Part shown: in pieces, positions 16,340 through 26,540 of the stretch
How positions within the stretch are numbered: the first letter of the stretch is position 1
Layout of the letters: each line of letters begins with the position of its first letter
Source: a virus
Taxonomy: Duplodnaviria > Caudoviricetes
Virus record (IMG/VR): IMGVR_UViG_3300044478_000074
Span: 1 to 47,110 of that record
Length of the DNA stretch: 47,110 nt
Reading direction: 5' to 3' (one strand)
Program-made: the position numbers and the translations under genes
Notes under the pieces: generated by a model
Database searches by the model: none
Seen by the model: only the letters and a program-made list of their open reading frames with translations
Told to the model about the DNA's origin: nothing

Positions 16340-19300
16340 CCTCGCCCAGGACGCGACGATACCGCCGCTCCGGCGTGATGCCCCTTTCCAGCTGCTTCGC
16401 GCGGAGGCGCCGGGCCTTGACGTTCCGGCTCAGCTCCTTCCCGCCAATCCGAAGCTCCGGAAACTCCTTCGGCACGTCGAGGTTGTATTCCTCCAGCGCC
16501 TTCTTCGCGTCCGCCTTTGCCTCCCGGTCATCCTTGATGTAGGCATCACCGTAGAGCTTAAATATGTCCCGCCGGCGGTGCTGCCAGTACATCTTCGTAT
16601 CCCACATCTCGAACATCCGCTCTTGATTTTGCGAGACGACGGTCGGGCGGAAGCCGGCGGCACGGCCCCACTTCTCTCCCGTAGTCAATGGCCGCACCTT
16701 CCCCGAGTCGAGGTCGATCGTCAGCTCATTCCCTTGCGGGCCACGAGCGCCGTTGTAGTGCCAATCGATCGCCTGCATCACCGCCCCGGCGCCGCCTGGA
16801 ATCTTTGCGAAGTTTGCGTAACTCGGATCATGCATATAGCGCACCAGCCAATACACCGCGCTCCCTGTCGGACCCATCAAGCTCGTCGCCGTATTCCCGA
16901 TGATTGCTGCTGCCGAATCTCCCTGTTTAACTAACGCATCAGTCCCAGGCAAAATGCGACCGAAGCCGACGCTGCGCGAAATATCGAAGCCGCCTACATC
17001 TCGCCCCGCGCCATACAGCACCGAGTTTGGGTCCTTCGGCAGAAGCCATGACAACACGGGCATGTTGACCCTGTGCACTTCCCGCAGGAACTCCCGCAGT
17101 TCCTGCTCCGCCGTCTTACCAAACAATTGCCGCCACAGCGCGTTGAGCAAGTCGAATAGGTTCTCGAAGCCGGGCAATCCCTTGATGCCAGCGACCAGGG
17201 CGGTGATGAGCCAGAGCCGTGTCGTGTAACCCATGAACCAGGTGCGGGGCGTCTTGCCCTGCAAGCGCGCCAGGCGCCTCCGTCCCAGCTCATACCCGCC
17301 GAAGGAATGGAAGGCCATATGTTGCGGGAAGGAAAGGAAAATCGTGCCTGTCGGGACAAGAGCGCCGAGCGGTCCGCCGCCCCGGAAGATGGGCGCCTTA
17401 TTCAACCGCCCATAGTCACTCTGCAGTTCCTCGACCGAGCGGACGGCGAATGCATACGCCTCGTCATTAACAGTACCAGACTCCGCCAGCTTATGCTCCC
17501 GCATATATTGATTATACTTCCCAATGAACGTCAGGCGCCTTGACGCCAGCTCCATGATCCTAAAGGGGCCCATGCCGAGCATAAGAACGCTCCGCCCTCC
17601 CATCCCCATATACCAGCTCATCTTCTCCGAGCCGAGATAGGCGTCCGCCTGCGTACCCGCCCGCGAGAAGAGCCGCTGCCAGTAACCGCCAATCGCCTGC
17701 CCCGCCAGCATGTAGGCATAGCTTTGCGAAAGAATCCCCTCCTTTATGCCCCGATCAATCGCCTTCGACAGCCCCGTCCTGCTTCCTTTCCATCCTTCAT
17801 AAACGGACGTAGCGGTTTGCACGACAGCTTTTATAAACTCTGCCGAGCCTCGCACCGTGCCCAGCTCTGTCGTGAGAGACGAGAACGTCGTTATCGTACC
17901 ATATAGGTTCAACAGCGCCGTCTTTACGTTGAAGGAGAGGTATAATGTGCTCACCCAGGCGCGGAAGTTCGCATACTCCTGCTCCGGGCTCATGAGATAC
18001 TCCTGCGCCGTATCCATCGCCTTTCGCGCCTCGAGCATCCGCCGGCTATGCCCCCAGCGCAGTCCCGGGTCCATCGCAATGACACCTTCCAGTATCGTCC
18101 GCTGCTTGTCCACGGACGAGCTTGCCGCCCGCATCAAGCGGCGATACTTCATCTTCACGGCATAGTTCGTCTGGTGCCAGGAGAAGGCGGCGAAGACACG
18201 ATCAATATCCTCGCTCGCCCCGGCGATCTGCAGGTGCTTCGTATCGTAGCGGGCCAACGCCTTGTCCACCTTCGTCGGTTGCATCAGGTCCGACAGGATT
18301 GCAACGTCCTCCGAGGTTAGTTGCAGTTCCCGGGCGGCGTCCTCGAGGAATTCCAACGGCAGCACCATTAGCACCTGATGCTTCTCCCTCACCTCTTCAC
18401 TGATCAGCTCCTCCCCCGGCCTCAGCTTCCGCTGCAAATCCTCCGCCTTCTCCTTCCACTCTACCCGGTCCTCAAAGGCGTACTTCTGCACCACCTGCTT
18501 CCGCACCTTCCCTTCCGCATCCGTGATCTTCGCCTTCACCTTCAGCACATACTTCCCGAACCACATCTGTGGAACGAAGGGAGTCTCCGCCAGCGCCAGG
18601 AATCTCTGCGCCACTTGCTGCGCCGCTGCTACCTGTTCTTCCCAGGACGACCGGGAGTGCTTCGCAACAACCTGCGTGATCAGCACATGGCTGAGGAACT
18701 GCTGCTGAAAATACATCGCATTCTTCATCGCGAGGTAGGCTTCCACCGCCTGCTCGCCCCGCCGCGTCGTCGGGTCAAGCCCGGAATCCTTCATCTGCTG
18801 CAGCAGCGTCTCGCTCACAACATACTTGTACTTCACCGCCGCGGCAAAGGCGGGAACGCCTACCAGCCTCGCATGCGCCTGGGTGGTTGCTTCGCCTCCA
18901 GCAGTAAGCTCGATCTTCGGCCAGAGCTTCCCTTCCTTTGCCTCGCGCAGCATCGCCTTCCATAGCAAGCCCCGCTGTTCTTTGCCAAGGCTCCGCACCT
19001 TCTGCGCCGCTTCTTCCGCCACTTCCAACAGCGCCGAGCTGTCCCGATGATATTCGCGGCCCAGCGTGACAAGGTTCTGCAACCCGACAATGTCAGGGTT
19101 GAGCTGTTGCAGCTGTTGCAGCTGTAACACGCTGCGATACAGGCCGATGAAGCGATGATGCGCCCAGCCGTAGTTCGAATCCTTGATCGCCAGCGCCGCC
19201 CGGGTCACGTCCTGGGCGTTCATGCCGATAGGCGTGGTAGGGTCGAAGTCGTAGTTGAAGTCGGGCGAGCGGCTGTAGGTGAAGTTGTTGTTCGCCGACT

Positions 19301-22300
19301 TTACCTGATTCGTGGTGAAGGGGATTACCACGGACGAGGAAGAGTCTAGGCCCAGATTAGCAGCGCTAAGAAGAAGTCCGTCATGCCCCTGCGCCATAGC
19401 GAACTGAATCGCATCCTGTATCTCCGCCGTAGAGAACATGCGGCCAAGCGGGAAAGTAGCTGGATTCCGCACATTCACATACGCTTCGAACATCAGCGGA
19501 TGCGCAGGGTCGTAATTCGAGGGCTGTGCAAGGATATTATTCCGGGCGGTGAGAATGTTCCACAGCTCCGTATTGACATGCTCCTCCACCGCCGCGATTT
19601 GCTTCAGCTCGTCATTATACCTTTGCGCCCAGGCTTGAACCTCCTGCTGCGTTGTATCAAGCTGTCCGCTGACTGTAACCGGAAGGACCGTGTCTACATA
19701 GCTTGCCTGTAGCTTTGCTATCGTCGCCGCCCGCGTTGATAGCTCAGTCAAACGAGCGTAAAGCGCCTGTTCCCGCTCAACAATGCGGGCCAGCTCCTTC
19801 TTTGCTGCCGGGGCGCTTACGGTCTTTGGCACCAGCGCCGTCAGTGCCGTAACTCCTTGCTGCGTAGTAGCTACAATCGGCAGCATCGTCGCGTTGGGAT
19901 TTGCGGCCAGTGCCCTTTCTCTTGAAGTAATGATGCCGCCCTCGAGAAAGAAAACCGCCTGTCCGCTTGCAATCACCTTCGCCGGGCGGCCATTAGCATC
20001 AACGACAACGCTCGCTCCTGTCCAATTCCCTTCCCAGTCCCCAAACCACGACTTGAAGAACGGGCTCCGCACGGTCATGAAGCGCCACAGCTCCGCCGCC
20101 CGGGCACGCAGTTTCGGGTCCTTCGCCTGCGCTTCCGTGAGCCCGGCGGTTTCGGATACCTCAATGCCGAACTGGGTCGTAAAGCGATTGAGCGCTTCAA
20201 TCTCCCCCGTATCATAGCTAAACGGCTTGCCAACCAGCATCTCGTATTGCGTGATGGCCTCGGCAATCTCACCATCCTTATACAGCTTAATAATCATCTT
20301 ATAACCGTCGTCCTGCGGGGCGAAGCCGGCGGCACGCAGTCCTTTCCGCAAATCCTTCTCCGTTACCTGCCGAAGCTCTTCCTCCTTCGCCTGTGCCTCC
20401 TCCTCCGCCCGCCGCGTCTCCACTTCCACGGCCAGCTCATCCTCCGCGCGGATCTCGTCAATCACGGGCGGGAGGCCGTCACCCTTCCCGGCTAGCGCCG
20501 CCACCTCCACCGCCGGGACGCTTGTGAGCGACTCGAGCCATTCTTGGAACTTTACGCCGGGGCGGAAGATGCCGGTTTTCTTCCCCCATTGAAACACTGC
20601 CTTTAACTGCTCCTGCAAGCCGCCCCAGATCTGACCGAAGAACTTGCCGAGCGTGGTCTCCCTTTGCCCCTTTGTCGAGTAGGCGTAACGCGCAAGCTGC
20701 TCGGCAAAATACTCCTTAAAACTCCACCACTGCGCTGCCCCTTTCGTCTTGCCATCCGCCAGCGTAACGAACGTCTTCGCCTCCATTCCCTCCAGACGCG
20801 AAAACACATCCTCCGCCCGTTCGCCAGCAACGCCAACGCTTCGCAGATACGCCGCATTCGCCTTGCCGGGGCTAAGCCATTCGCGCAGGAAGTCCATTCC
20901 CCGCCCGCCATTCCGCATCCGCTGCTTCAGCGCATTGTATTCCTCCACTACGCCCCGGGCAAGCGGATCGGTGATACGGTCGAGGATCTCGGGCGGGACA
21001 AGCTCTTCCGAATTCGTGTTGTTTTCGAGGTAGTCAATAACGTCCGGCGGCATCCGGGTGTAGAACTGCTCCCACATCAGCGCATGACCAATCTCATGTG
21101 CAGTGGAGAGGAAGATTTGTGCCTGCCGGACGGTGTTATACTCGCCCATCTCCCGTCCGGTCGCCAGCGTTCCGCCCACATCCGCCCGGAGGCCGTGCGG
21201 CGGCTGAATTATGTGCACATCCCCTACCATCGTGTGCCAGCTCGGCGTCCTCTTCTTCGCCTCCGTCGGGCTCTTCAGCACGATCACGAACTTCCCTTTG
21301 CCGCCCATGAACTTGTTATTCATGAACTTAACGTACGAGCCGATAGCCTTAATCAGCGCTGGAGTGAAGATTTCGCTGTCCACACCTGCCGCCAGCACAT
21401 CACCATCCCGCATCGCCGACAGCCGCACCGGCCCCTTCAGGGCCTTTCGACTTGACCACGAGATGGGGAGACGGCTCAGCGCCTTCCCGTTGTTCGGATT
21501 GGTGTAACGGGCAAGGTTCCGCGTGGCCTTCGGGCTGAGCTGCAGATCCGGGGCAGGAGCGTTGCTTATCGGATCAACCTTTGCAATCTTCGCGTCCGCT
21601 GCCTGTTCCAACGAGGTGAGAGGGATGAGCGGGGCGGGAGCGGGTTCGACCTGCAGCGTCGACGTTGCTGGCCCTATGCGCGTATCTTCCGCCGAAAGGC
21701 GCGGATTCAGCTCCGCGAACAGGGCTCTATCTTCAGCCTCTGCCCGGTCAATATCAGCTATATACTCCTCGTTAATCTGGAGCTGCTCTCGATCATTTGG
21801 CGTCCGCTGGTCCTCAGGAATTGCCCGCAGTCTCTCTAATTCCTCAACTCGCCATGCCCGCTCTTCCTCCCGCCGTGCCTGCGTAAGCGCCCGCTCGCCA
21901 GAGGGAAAAATAGGTATATGCTTAACTTCAGTAAGTTGCGCTTCGAAGGCAGGAGGTAGGGCCTTCTGCGCCACCGCCGCCGCCTCATACGCCGCCGCCT
22001 CAACCGCCGCGATCTGCTCTGGCGGCACCTCAACAATCTCCTCCTGCCCCGTGACGTCCTCCGCCACGGTCACAGTTTCGTTCGGGTCGGGAGCTGTTGG
22101 AACTTGGGGCGGATTACCGGGCGTAATTCCCCCCAATTCCTCAATCCCCTCGGCCTTCGCCAGTATCGCCTCCGTCTCGGCAATGATCTTCTCCGCCGCG
22201 CCCTTATACTGATCCCCTTTCAGTATCCCCATCTGCGCCAGCTGCTGCAGCGCCTTCGCCTCCTGATCCTGCTTCGCGAGGCCGAAAAGGATCTCCCGCA

Positions 22301-23309
22301 CGGACTCAGGAATCTCCGCCTCTCCCTCTACCTTCTCCTTGCCCTCAATGCGTGACTTGATCCTCTGCAGTCCGCGGCCCATGCCGTACTGAAGCCCGGC
22401 GGTGAAGGGCGTAGTGATCGCCGTCATGATCAGGTCTTTCGTCAGCGACTCTGATATGCTATACGGCGAGCCCGGTTCGCCTGTCCAGGGCATGTCGGGA
22501 CGGAAGGCGAGGTTCGTCACTACGTTCTGTATCGCAGTCGTGGGCAATTCCGTCGCCTCTTCGCCAAGGACGAGCGCCCCCAGCTTTTTCCACAGCGGGG
22601 CGGTACGGGAGGCAAGAGCCCGATTCAACACCCCGAATCCCAGGCGTTCAAATACCGCCTCCGTGATCGCCGTTTCTGCCGCAGCCAGCCTCGTCCGTTC
22701 CGGATCAGCGCCCTCCGCCGTCCCTTGTGCCATCGTGTCCAGGCCCGCCAGTCCAGCCGCATACATAGCGCCCATCCACGGCTGGCCCGTCAGCGCCATC
22801 AAAATCGCCGGGGCGTTCTGCGATACGTTCGAGCCGACAGCAGCCAGAACCTCCTGCCCTCCCGTCATGTCCTTCGGCAAAAGGTTCCGTGCCTCTACCT
22901 GCTGCCGAATCGTCTCCTCGCGCATGCCCTGCTGCGTATACTCCCTCGCCTGATCCTCTAAACGAAGCTTCGCTAATGGCTTACCATAGTAGCGTTGCGA
23001 AAGCATTTCCGGGTCTTCGTTTGTCTCCAGCGCCCGAGCGGCGACAACGCCATACTCTGACGGGCTGCTAATCAGGTTCCCGATCATGCCCGCCGCGCCA
23101 GCCCGCATAGTCGGATAGGCGCCCTGCACGCTCCCCTTCAGCGTCTGCCACCAACTATCCAGGCTGCCCTTCTCCATCTGCTGCCCGGCGTCGTAGATGG
23201 CAAGCTCGGGCATGCCCTGCAATATCCGCTTCTTCGCGTCGGGCGGAGAAAGTTCGTCGGGAATGTCAGCGACGATTCTGCCGTCAGGCAGTTCAATTTC
23301 ATACGGCAT
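16296..23309 (-). CDS. Large internal virion/ejection polyvalent protein (2337 aa)
   Basis: Last gene of the virion operon; HEIGH + EYFAE zincin-like motif; FKSWFGDWE...NP...GHDG...NQVKS ART-like segment; PLxRFG-like PQMWFGKY. Confidence 0.8.
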   Translation of the reverse strand: MPYEIELPDGRIVADIPDELSPPDAKKRILQGMPELAIYDAGQQMEKGSLDSWWQTLKGSVQGAYPTMRAGAAGMIGNLISSPSEYGVVAARALETNEDPEMLSQRYYGKPLAKLRLEDQAREYTQQGMREETIRQQVEARNLLPKDMTGGQEVLAAVGSNVSQNAPAILMALTGQPWMGAMYAAGLAGLDTMAQGTAEGADPERTRLAAAETAITEAVFERLGFGVLNRALASRTAPLWKKLGALVLGEEATELPTTAIQNVVTNLAFRPDMPWTGEPGSPYSISESLTKDLIMTAITTPFTAGLQYGMGRGLQRIKSRIEGKEKVEGEAEIPESVREILFGLAKQDQEAKALQQLAQMGILKGDQYKGAAEKIIAETEAILAKAEGIEELGGITPGNPPQVPTAPDPNETVTVAEDVTGQEEIVEVPPEQIAAVEAAAYEAAAVAQKALPPAFEAQLTEVKHIPIFPSGERALTQARREEERAWRVEELERLRAIPEDQRTPNDREQLQINEEYIADIDRAEAEDRALFAELNPRLSAEDTRIGPATSTLQVEPAPAPLIPLTSLEQAADAKIAKVDPISNAPAPDLQLSPKATRNLARYTNPNNGKALSRLPISWSSRKALKGPVRLSAMRDGDVLAAGVDSEIFTPALIKAIGSYVKFMNNKFMGGKGKFVIVLKSPTEAKKRTPSWHTMVGDVHIIQPPHGLRADVGGTLATGREMGEYNTVRQAQIFLSTAHEIGHALMWEQFYTRMPPDVIDYLENNTNSEELVPPEILDRITDPLARGVVEEYNALKQRMRNGGRGMDFLREWLSPGKANAAYLRSVGVAGERAEDVFSRLEGMEAKTFVTLADGKTKGAAQWWSFKEYFAEQLARYAYSTKGQRETTLGKFFGQIWGGLQEQLKAVFQWGKKTGIFRPGVKFQEWLESLTSVPAVEVAALAGKGDGLPPVIDEIRAEDELAVEVETRRAEEEAQAKEEELRQVTEKDLRKGLRAAGFAPQDDGYKMIIKLYKDGEIAEAITQYEMLVGKPFSYDTGEIEALNRFTTQFGIEVSETAGLTEAQAKDPKLRARAAELWRFMTVRSPFFKSWFGDWEGNWTGASVVVDANGRPAKVIASGQAVFFLEGGIITSRERALAANPNATMLPIVATTQQGVTALTALVPKTVSAPAAKKELARIVEREQALYARLTELSTRAATIAKLQASYVDTVLPVTVSGQLDTTQQEVQAWAQRYNDELKQIAAVEEHVNTELWNILTARNNILAQPSNYDPAHPLMFEAYVNVRNPATFPLGRMFSTAEIQDAIQFAMAQGHDGLLLSAANLGLDSSSSVVIPFTTNQVKSANNNFTYSRSPDFNYDFDPTTPIGMNAQDVTRAALAIKDSNYGWAHHRFIGLYRSVLQLQQLQQLNPDIVGLQNLVTLGREYHRDSSALLEVAEEAAQKVRSLGKEQRGLLWKAMLREAKEGKLWPKIELTAGGEATTQAHARLVGVPAFAAAVKYKYVVSETLLQQMKDSGLDPTTRRGEQAVEAYLAMKNAMYFQQQFLSHVLITQVVAKHSRSSWEEQVAAAQQVAQRFLALAETPFVPQMWFGKYVLKVKAKITDAEGKVRKQVVQKYAFEDRVEWKEKAEDLQRKLRPGEELISEEVREKHQVLMVLPLEFLEDAARELQLTSEDVAILSDLMQPTKVDKALARYDTKHLQIAGASEDIDRVFAAFSWHQTNYAVKMKYRRLMRAASSSVDKQRTILEGVIAMDPGLRWGHSRRMLEARKAMDTAQEYLMSPEQEYANFRAWVSTLYLSFNVKTALLNLYGTITTFSSLTTELGTVRGSAEFIKAVVQTATSVYEGWKGSRTGLSKAIDRGIKEGILSQSYAYMLAGQAIGGYWQRLFSRAGTQADAYLGSEKMSWYMGMGGRSVLMLGMGPFRIMELASRRLTFIGKYNQYMREHKLAESGTVNDEAYAFAVRSVEELQSDYGRLNKAPIFRGGGPLGALVPTGTIFLSFPQHMAFHSFGGYELGRRRLARLQGKTPRTWFMGYTTRLWLITALVAGIKGLPGFENLFDLLNALWRQLFGKTAEQELREFLREVHRVNMPVLSWLLPKDPNSVLYGAGRDVGGFDISRSVGFGRILPGTDALVKQGDSAAAIIGNTATSLMGPTGSAVYWLVRYMHDPSYANFAKIPGGAGAVMQAIDWHYNGARGPQGNELTIDLDSGKVRPLTTGEKWGRAAGFRPTVVSQNQERMFEMWDTKMYWQHRRRDIFKLYGDAYIKDDREAKADAKKALEEYNLDVPKEFPELRIGGKELSRNVKARRLRAKQLERGITPERRYRRVLGEVSESFEPAEEEEEE
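22104..22136. promoter_or_regulatory. 33-bp dyad motif, copy 3 (intragenic)
   Basis: TTGGGGCGGATTAC-cgggc-GTAATTCCCCCCAA. Confidence 0.75.
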
Positions 23310-23338
23310 AATGACTCCTTTTCAGGGCGTCGTTTACA

Positions 23339-24433
23339 TTACGGGGCTTGAATGGCACCAAAGGGGATTCGGCCAGCGCCCTTACCCGGCGTCACTTCCG
23401 GGCCTCCCGCGCCGCCCGGGCCGCCCGCGCCTCCCGTCCCCAGCCTTCCCATGGCCTCGCGCATGATCTTCAAGGCAGCCGCCTTGTCAGCATCGGACGA
23501 ATCCAACGCTTCATATATCGCAATGGCAGCTTTCAGCGTATCACTCTTCCCACTATTCACCACGTTCCAGACCGCCTTTGCCGATTCCTCCGGTGTCGCA
23601 GTCGGATTCATTTCCTTATGCAGTTTCTTCAGCGTATCCATATACTCCGCTTGCGCACTGGTCGAACGTTTCTGGTACTCCCGGTAATACTCCGCATGCG
23701 CCGCGTCCAGTTCCTTCTTTCCCTGCTGCACTTCTATTGCCAGATCGTGTATCCGCTTCAGTTCCTGCGGCGTCGTCAGCCCGGCGGCCTTCTTATTTTT
23801 CAGCACTTCCAGCTCCAGCGTATCCTTCTCGTATTCCTGCTTCAGTGCCTTGACCCTTTCATCAGCTACCTTTTCATCAATCCGCAGCCGCCGCTCCGAC
23901 CGGCCACCTTCCGCCTCCGCCCGAACGTCAGCCTTCTCCGCCCGCACATCAGCGCGATCTGCTCTCCGCTCCGAGCCGACCGTCCGCATCCCCTCCATAA
24001 TCGTGCGGAAGTCCTCCGCTCCTTGCGCGCGCAGCTGTGTATCCTCCTTCTGTGCCGCGCCGACGCCCCTCGCCACGGACTCACCCAGTGCCCCAGCTGC
24101 GGTCTGTTTCCCCTTCTGCCACGGCTGCATCATGCCGAGCCCGGCCATGAGGATGCCCATGTCGCGAGCCTGCGGCGCCATAGGCCGCGCGGCAGCGTCC
24201 CCCATCGTTCGCTCGCGCAACTGCAAGAAGTCCGCTAGCGTCTGCGGTATCCCTGTAGGTGGTTGCGCCAGGCCCGGTACGAGGGGCGGCGTCGTGGGCG
24301 GCGGAACAGGCGCCGGAACAGAAGGCTCAGGAGCATAGGGAGCTTGCCCCAGCACTCCCGTTTCCCCATAGTTCATCTCTGGCGCTCCAGCACCACCCCC
24401 ACCTGCCAGCATCAAAAGCGTCCGCATATCCAT
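23339..24433 (-). CDS. Putative ejection protein (364 aa)
   Basis: Pro/Gly-rich N-terminus and coiled coil; synteny with podovirus core proteins. Confidence 0.65.
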   Translation of the reverse strand: MDMRTLLMLAGGGGAGAPEMNYGETGVLGQAPYAPEPSVPAPVPPPTTPPLVPGLAQPPTGIPQTLADFLQLRERTMGDAAARPMAPQARDMGILMAGLGMMQPWQKGKQTAAGALGESVARGVGAAQKEDTQLRAQGAEDFRTIMEGMRTVGSERRADRADVRAEKADVRAEAEGGRSERRLRIDEKVADERVKALKQEYEKDTLELEVLKNKKAAGLTTPQELKRIHDLAIEVQQGKKELDAAHAEYYREYQKRSTSAQAEYMDTLKKLHKEMNPTATPEESAKAVWNVVNSGKSDTLKAAIAIYEALDSSDADKAAALKIMREAMGRLGTGGAGGPGGAGGPEVTPGKGAGRIPFGAIQAP

Positions 24434-24443
24434 GTTCGTCTCC

Positions 24444-26261
24444 TCACGCTCCGTAGATCAACTTATACAACTGCCGGGCGGCAAGCGCGCCTCCAACCCC
24501 CGACATAAAGGGATTGCTGTCCGCCGTGTCTGCCACCGTCGTACTCGTCCGCCCGCCCCCGGCGGCCTGCGAGTAGATATTGCTCGCCTTTTGCAGGTTC
24601 TGAAACGGCATATCATACAACCTTTGCTTCGCATCAATCACTGCCTGCTGCTGCAGCTGCGGTATCGTCGTCGCTCGCAGCCCTAGATCAGCCGCCGTGC
24701 CCGCTGCGTTTACCGTACTCGGCAGGACGCCGAACCCCTGCATCGTCGCATTTAGCCCCTGTCCAAACATATCGTTCGCCATCTTCGACGTGATCTCGCC
24801 AGACGCTCGTGACAGTTTCCCCGAACCAATCCCCTGCGCAATCCCCTCTCGCGTGCTGCCGAAGTCCTGTCCCGCCCCGGCACGGTATCCGCCTCGAATT
24901 GCCGGCAGCACCCCCTCTGTGAACTGCTCCGTGAGAGGGTTAATCGCTGCCCGCATTGCATCCTGCGCGAAGGGGAAGTTGTTGATATCGAGAAACTTCC
25001 CATTCATAATGTCACGCAAGCCGCTAAAGCTTACCCCCAACGTCTGCAGCGCATCCATGCTGATCCCGGTCGCGGCGCTGATCATCGCGAGCTGATCCGG
25101 CGTGAGGGACGCTACCATCTCCTCTGGCGATGCGTAAGGCAAGGGCCGGTTCGTAAGGTCCTGTGCCTTCTGCATCGCGTCTTTGAGATACGGCTGTGCC
25201 GGCGACCAAGGCTCCGTCACCGTCTGCGACACGGACGGCTCCGTGTCGCTTCCCAGCGCCCCGGCCACCGCGCCAGCGGCTGTTGCGATATTACTAGGGT
25301 TCAAAATGTCGGGCATAGTCGGTCCTCCGGGCGGGGTTCCACTTGTCTGTGCATCGACCTCGAAGGGATCAACTCGAGGCACTTGCGGCGTTCCAGGCGG
25401 AATCCCGCTTGTTTGTGCGTCAATCTCGAAAGGATCGACTTGAGGCACGCCTGTGCCTGCCCCTGCCGCTCCCGCAGCCGCCGCGCCAGCTCCCGCCGCC
25501 TGTGCCGCCCCGACCGCAGGACTAAGCAAACCGGGACTCACCCCCGCGCCAAACGCTTCCGCTGCTGGCAGAACGGAGGAGGGAAGCGAGGCGAGCCCGG
25601 TTGTGCCTGCGGCTTCGACCGCCCCTGCGGCTGCAGGAGCCACTGCCCCGGCTCCGGCTCCGGCTCCAAGCGCAGACGTAATACCTGCTCCGCCGGCGGC
25701 AGCAAGAAGCAGTGGCCCGATATCGCCAACTACGCGGCCAAGCTGCCCCATAAACCCGCCCTTTTCCGCCTTTTTCCTCGCCTCAAATTGCATTATAGCA
25801 TCGGTTCGTGCTTTCATCAATGCTTGCTGTTGAGGACTTATCCCAGAATATTGAGGAATCTCTCCTATCTGATATTGTCTACCAGTATGAGTAACGCCAC
25901 CTTCTGGCATTGGTCCAAGGTCTTGACCAGTCCATGTACGAACAACTTGTCGTTCTTTCTCCCATCCTTCTGGAGTCATAGTCACGGTTAAACCTTGAAC
26001 AGCGTTTGGAGTCAAGCTGCTAGCCCCGACGCCTCTCGCGGGACTGCGTCCAGCCATTACATCTTCTTTAAATCGCTGAGAATAAAAGTTATTTGGGTCC
26101 CAGCCTTTAGCTGCAAAATAGTCATTCACAGCCTGCTCTGTCGCAATCCAGCTAGGCGGCGGGGCGGGCGCTTGCTGTGCACCTCCGCCTATTATACCCG
26201 CAAGTCCCCCGGGCCGAACGCCTCCACCCATCGCCATTGCAGTAAGCGGGTTAATCGCCAT
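24444..26261 (-). CDS. Putative DNA ejection/pilot protein (605 aa)
   Basis: Ala/Gly-rich; PWSPAQPYL and FGSTREGIAQG motifs typical of this protein class; GGAG SD. Confidence 0.7.
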   Translation of the reverse strand: MAINPLTAMAMGGGVRPGGLAGIIGGGAQQAPAPPPSWIATEQAVNDYFAAKGWDPNNFYSQRFKEDVMAGRSPARGVGASSLTPNAVQGLTVTMTPEGWEKERQVVRTWTGQDLGPMPEGGVTHTGRQYQIGEIPQYSGISPQQQALMKARTDAIMQFEARKKAEKGGFMGQLGRVVGDIGPLLLAAAGGAGITSALGAGAGAGAVAPAAAGAVEAAGTTGLASLPSSVLPAAEAFGAGVSPGLLSPAVGAAQAAGAGAAAAGAAGAGTGVPQVDPFEIDAQTSGIPPGTPQVPRVDPFEVDAQTSGTPPGGPTMPDILNPSNIATAAGAVAGALGSDTEPSVSQTVTEPWSPAQPYLKDAMQKAQDLTNRPLPYASPEEMVASLTPDQLAMISAATGISMDALQTLGVSFSGLRDIMNGKFLDINNFPFAQDAMRAAINPLTEQFTEGVLPAIRGGYRAGAGQDFGSTREGIAQGIGSGKLSRASGEITSKMANDMFGQGLNATMQGFGVLPSTVNAAGTAADLGLRATTIPQLQQQAVIDAKQRLYDMPFQNLQKASNIYSQAAGGGRTSTTVADTADSNPFMSGVGGALAARQLYKLIYGA

Positions 26262-26270
26262 GTCTCTCTC

Positions 26271-26540
26271 CTATCCTAAAAATTTCCAAGTAGCACTCAC
26301 CGCATCATACCAGTAGAGGCCCCGTCCGCTGCCCGGATTCCAGCTCGTTCCGTCCGCAAGCTCAATCTGTCCGTCCCTCGGCTTTCCTGGAACCTCGTGA
26401 TGCTTTACGATATACCTCGGCGCAGACAATGTGATCGCCTCACTTATCTTATGCAATTCCTGATCTAGGTATTGCAGACTATCCTGCCCCTCCGATCGTT
26501 CTCCCGGAACGTATAAGCGAATTGGCGGGCGGTGCGTCAT
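26271..26540 (-). CDS. Small virion-associated protein (89 aa)
   Basis: GGAGG SD; ADGTSWNPGSGRGLYWY motif. Confidence 0.7.
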   Translation of the reverse strand: MTHRPPIRLYVPGERSEGQDSLQYLDQELHKISEAITLSAPRYIVKHHEVPGKPRDGQIELADGTSWNPGSGRGLYWYDAVSATWKFLG

